A stretch of 64,000 nt of DNA from an uncultured Candidatus Saccharibacteria bacterium. Lineage in GTDB: Bacteria > Patescibacteriota > Doudnabacteria > UBA920. Position numbers and translations under genes: made by a program. The notes beneath the pieces were generated by a model, which was not told the DNA's origin, ran no database searches, and saw nothing but the letters and a program-made list of their open reading frames with translations. Below are positions 61,109 to 64,000 of the stretch, one piece after another. Positions within the stretch are counted from its first letter, which is position 1. Every line of letters starts with the position of its first letter. Where the stretch lies: NCBI GenBank assembly GCA_964416765.1, contig CAYQEU010000002.1:14877-78876 (forward strand), written 5' to 3'.

Positions 61109-61525
61109 TCAAAACGCTTTGCCGTTAACAAACAGATTGATAACAATATTTACCAATGCCGCGGCCATCATGGCTACCGCAAGTCCAATCACCGCGTAGA
61201 GCACGGTTTGCTTTCCGGCGTCAGCCTGTTCCTGGTTACCAGCCGAAGTAATGTAGCGGTAACCGCCAACAATAATCATAATCATGGTTCCACCACCGAT
61301 CAGAAGGAAAATGATGTTTAGGATGTAGCGGATCAGACCAACTGCGGTACAGTATTGGGGGAGGGTGTCGGTGACATTCGAAAACTCTCCGCCGTACTTA
61401 TCAAACGTGCCCTTCAGCTTGTCACAGCCTCCTGAGGCAGCTAAAGCCGGAAGTGGCAAGAAGCTTGTCGAAAGTAAAGTGAAGACTAACACCAAAAAAG
61501 TAGTAATGAGAAGTTTTGCTTGCAT
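61109..61525 (-). CDS. VirB2/TrbC-like pilin
   Basis: MIIVGGYRYITSAGNQEQADAGKQTVLYAVIG; N-terminal Cys pair. Confidence 0.88.
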   Translation of the reverse strand: MQAKLLITTFLVLVFTLLSTSFLPLPALAASGGCDKLKGTFDKYGGEFSNVTDTLPQYCTAVGLIRYILNIIFLLIGGGTMIMIIVGGYRYITSAGNQEQADAGKQTVLYAVIGLAVAMMAAALVNIVINLFVNGKAF

Positions 61526-62373
61526 TACTTTGAAAGTAAGTTTTGGACAACGGACACCAGGCTGTATGCCATTAGTGCAACTATCAAACCGGCAATCGCC
61601 CAGATTATGGTCTGCTTACCCTTAGTGATAGACTCCTGATTGCCCTGAGAGAAGACCAAGCGAACACCGCCGATGACTATAACCAACAACGCCATCAAGC
61701 CAATTAGAAAAAAGAATCCTCGCAGTACCCACACCACCAACTCCGGAAATGTGTCTATATTGATTGGATTATTGAGCGAACCCACATTTTTGTCGAAATC
61801 CGAATTGCTCACATTACCGCAACCTTCACCGGTACAGCCATTGCCAGGAGCATTGTTAGCCGGGGTGTTGTTAATAGGTGGGGTACCCGCTTTCTCTACC
61901 GTGGCTGTTTCTCCCTTATGCAGAATAACGGAAGGATTGTCGGAACTTATTACTTCCGGATGCATGATTATTCTGCCGCCTACTTGAAAATGATTAAAAG
62001 GATAAGTTACGCTTTTGACTATGTAATATACTTTGGACTTTGTGTCATATGTCCATTTGTTTCCTGGCGCGCTCATCTCGAGATAATGAGTATTTACGCT
62101 ACCCGAGTCTATGATCACGTACCATTGCAGCTTGGATAATTCCGCTTCGGCTGCCGCTCCCTTGGTACAATTTTTTGCTGCTAAGCTGTAGCTATATTCA
62201 ACAGGAGTGGTTTCTTCCTCAGCTACCGCGGGAATGATATTAAGCCCTATTACCAGATCGCCTGGGCCGGTACAAGCTTGGGCCGCATGGGGACGTGTGG
62301 CAAAGTAAGACCCGCTAAACACTATAAGTGCTACTAACCCCAAAAGTAAACTCTGTTTATATTTTTTTATCAT
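61525..62373 (-). CDS. VirB2/TrbC-like pilin with N-terminal extra domain
   Basis: C-terminal LNNPI...VIVIGGVRLVFSQGNQESITKGKQTIIWAIAG; about 150-aa beta-rich N-terminal insert. Confidence 0.85.
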   Translation of the reverse strand: MIKKYKQSLLLGLVALIVFSGSYFATRPHAAQACTGPGDLVIGLNIIPAVAEEETTPVEYSYSLAAKNCTKGAAAEAELSKLQWYVIIDSGSVNTHYLEMSAPGNKWTYDTKSKVYYIVKSVTYPFNHFQVGGRIIMHPEVISSDNPSVILHKGETATVEKAGTPPINNTPANNAPGNGCTGEGCGNVSNSDFDKNVGSLNNPINIDTFPELVVWVLRGFFFLIGLMALLVIVIGGVRLVFSQGNQESITKGKQTIIWAIAGLIVALMAYSLVSVVQNLLSK

Positions 62374-62394
62374 ATTAATTGAGTTTATTAATTT

Positions 62395-63669
62395 CTAACG
62401 CCGGACAAGGGTGCTGGCTTGGTTTTCTGCCTGTCCCAAAGCCTCATCAACGGATTTATTATTCAAGATAACAGCATCAATCATCTTGTTGAGAATATCA
62501 TTCATCTTGGCTTCATCGGGCTTGTAGAAAGATTTGGCTGTTAAGTTGGCGTTGGCAAAAACCCCGATTTCCAAATCCGGTATCTGTAGGGCAATTAAAT
62601 CACGGCGGGATGAAGGAACTTTGGACTTGGCGTAGTATTTATCCAGCGCATCTTTAGTGGTGGCAAAATGCAGGAAATCCCAAGCGGTATCCGCGTTAGG
62701 ACTCTGTTTGCTCACCACTTCGCCGAAGTAATTGGCAAAATTAACCGAGTTACCGTCTAAATTGTACTGTGGCACCGGTGCAACATCAAAATTCAGGTTT
62801 GGTGATTTGGCGATAATCTGTTGTCGGGCGTAAGTGTAACTGTAAAGGAAAGCAGTGCGCCCATTCGCAAAGGCATCAATGGAATAGTCACTGCGCAGGT
62901 TCCAGGAGTAGTTATCGTTTGAGGGAGTAGCAAATGATGTATAAAACCTTAAGGCAGTCCGGCCCTCTGGGCTATTAAACTTTGGACTTAGGCCATCCGC
63001 CGACCAAGGGATCGAACCCGCCTGAAGCATAAACAACGCCACAATATCCTGTGCGCGGTTAATATTAGAGCTGGTTCCCAGGGCCACGCCACTGCGTGAA
63101 AAGTAACCAGTTTGGTCCTGACGCGCAATTTTCCTGACATCGCCCTGCAGCTCCGCCCATGTTTTGGGTGGGGCAACAATTCCGACCGTACCCAAAATGT
63201 CCTTATTATAGTAGAGGGCCAGGGAATCAACTGAAAGCGCGGTCCCGTAAACTTTTTGGTCCTTACTGAAATCCTTTACCACAACATCAACAAAATTATC
63301 GTGGAATTCCTTGTAGGAGAATTGGGTATCCTTCGCAGCGGTGATCTTATCTATATATTTAGGCAGCCAGGTATTGTTGATGGAAAAAATATCGGGACCG
63401 TTACCGGCAGCCAAAGCATTCAGCAAATCGCTTTCGTAATTGTTGATGTCCGGCGACTTATATTCAAAAGACACGTTAGGGTGAAGCTTGGTGTATTCAT
63501 CCGTCAAGACGTGCATGTATTCTTCTGATACAAAGGGCTTCCAAATAGTCAGTTTAACTTCCTTTGAAGTCGGGCCAATTTTAGTACCGCAACCCACGCC
63601 AACCACAGCGACCAACGCAAGCATGGCGGCGAGACGAGTAAACGATTTTGCAAAACTTATTTTTTTCAT
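62395..63669 (-). CDS. extracellular solute-binding lipoprotein (carbohydrate ABC type)
   Basis: Lipobox VGVGC; LTIW, LAAGNGPDIF, LALYYNKDIL, PPKTWAEL, AFANGRTAF, AWDFLHF. Confidence 0.92.
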   Translation of the reverse strand: MKKISFAKSFTRLAAMLALVAVVGVGCGTKIGPTSKEVKLTIWKPFVSEEYMHVLTDEYTKLHPNVSFEYKSPDINNYESDLLNALAAGNGPDIFSINNTWLPKYIDKITAAKDTQFSYKEFHDNFVDVVVKDFSKDQKVYGTALSVDSLALYYNKDILGTVGIVAPPKTWAELQGDVRKIARQDQTGYFSRSGVALGTSSNINRAQDIVALFMLQAGSIPWSADGLSPKFNSPEGRTALRFYTSFATPSNDNYSWNLRSDYSIDAFANGRTAFLYSYTYARQQIIAKSPNLNFDVAPVPQYNLDGNSVNFANYFGEVVSKQSPNADTAWDFLHFATTKDALDKYYAKSKVPSSRRDLIALQIPDLEIGVFANANLTAKSFYKPDEAKMNDILNKMIDAVILNNKSVDEALGQAENQASTLVRR

Positions 63670-63697
63670 TGTTGTTTATTTTGGTTTAAGTTTCAGG

Positions 63698-64000
63698 TTA
63701 AAGTGGTAGCTGTTTTAAGTAATCGGAAAAGTCTTTATTTAGCTCGTTGTGCTTCAAACCGAATTCCACTACCGCTTTCAAGTATTCCAATTTGTTACCG
63801 CAGTCATAGTATTGGCCGTTCTTAATTTCGGTAGCGTAACATGTCTTTCCCTGCTGCAGCATGATTTCCACCGCATTGAAGTAACCATTCTCTCCAGTCA
63901 GCGCGCCGCTTTTTAACTTCGCCATAGCTTCTTCAATTGCCGGGAATACATCCGGTTCATACAACGCGCCCGAAAGTGCATAATGGTTTCGGTCTAAGGG
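63698..64000 (-). CDS. galU: UTP--glucose-1-phosphate uridylyltransferase, 3' part
   Basis: GQYYDCGNKLEYLKAVVEFGLKHNELNKDFSDYL C-terminal signature; ORF runs off the window end. Confidence 0.8.
   Translation of the reverse strand, partial: PLDRNHYALSGALYEPDVFPAIEEAMAKLKSGALTGENGYFNAVEIMLQQGKTCYATEIKNGQYYDCGNKLEYLKAVVEFGLKHNELNKDFSDYLKQLPL

Overview
Chromosomal window from a Patescibacteria (CPR, Parcubacteria-like) genome. The assignment is inferred from the divergent, unlinked 16S rRNA, the VirB2-like pilin array and the CPR-type surface proteins. Almost all genes are on the minus strand. In order, the window holds: pilM-pilN-pilO and the start of a probable pilB; tRNA-Ile and tRNA-Ala detached from the 16S; and a ~31 kb cell-surface region (3.2-34 kb). 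That region has two paralogous gene sets, each with WxL-like secreted proteins, a DUF916/DUF3324-like partner, an Ig/FN3 membrane-anchored protein and phage-tail-fibre-like giant proteins. One set adds a 3273-aa barrel-less autotransporter-repeat adhesin and a small Xis/MerR-like HTH gene. Next come a stand-alone 16S rRNA followed by a JmjC oxygenase and a small ORF; a housekeeping block (alkA, DnaQ-like exonuclease, clpP, nusA, yraN, ymdB, rny, rplS, RluA family, trmD, khpA, rpsP, dedA, short smc, rnc, ftsH, tRNA-Val, tRNA-Leu); five tandem VirB2/TrbC-like pilins behind an orphan sugar-binding lipoprotein; and the end of galU. The most notable unannotated signal is a recurring 5' leader element: a covarying hairpin with a CAAAAU loop followed by GAAACAAAAACA, in four copies in front of three surface-protein transcription units. 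Also notable are a two-state RNA structure in front of rny, an RNase III-like stem in front of rnc, and a 25-bp in-frame inverted repeat between two divergent WxL-like paralogues. All domain calls are from motif recognition by eye, not database searches.
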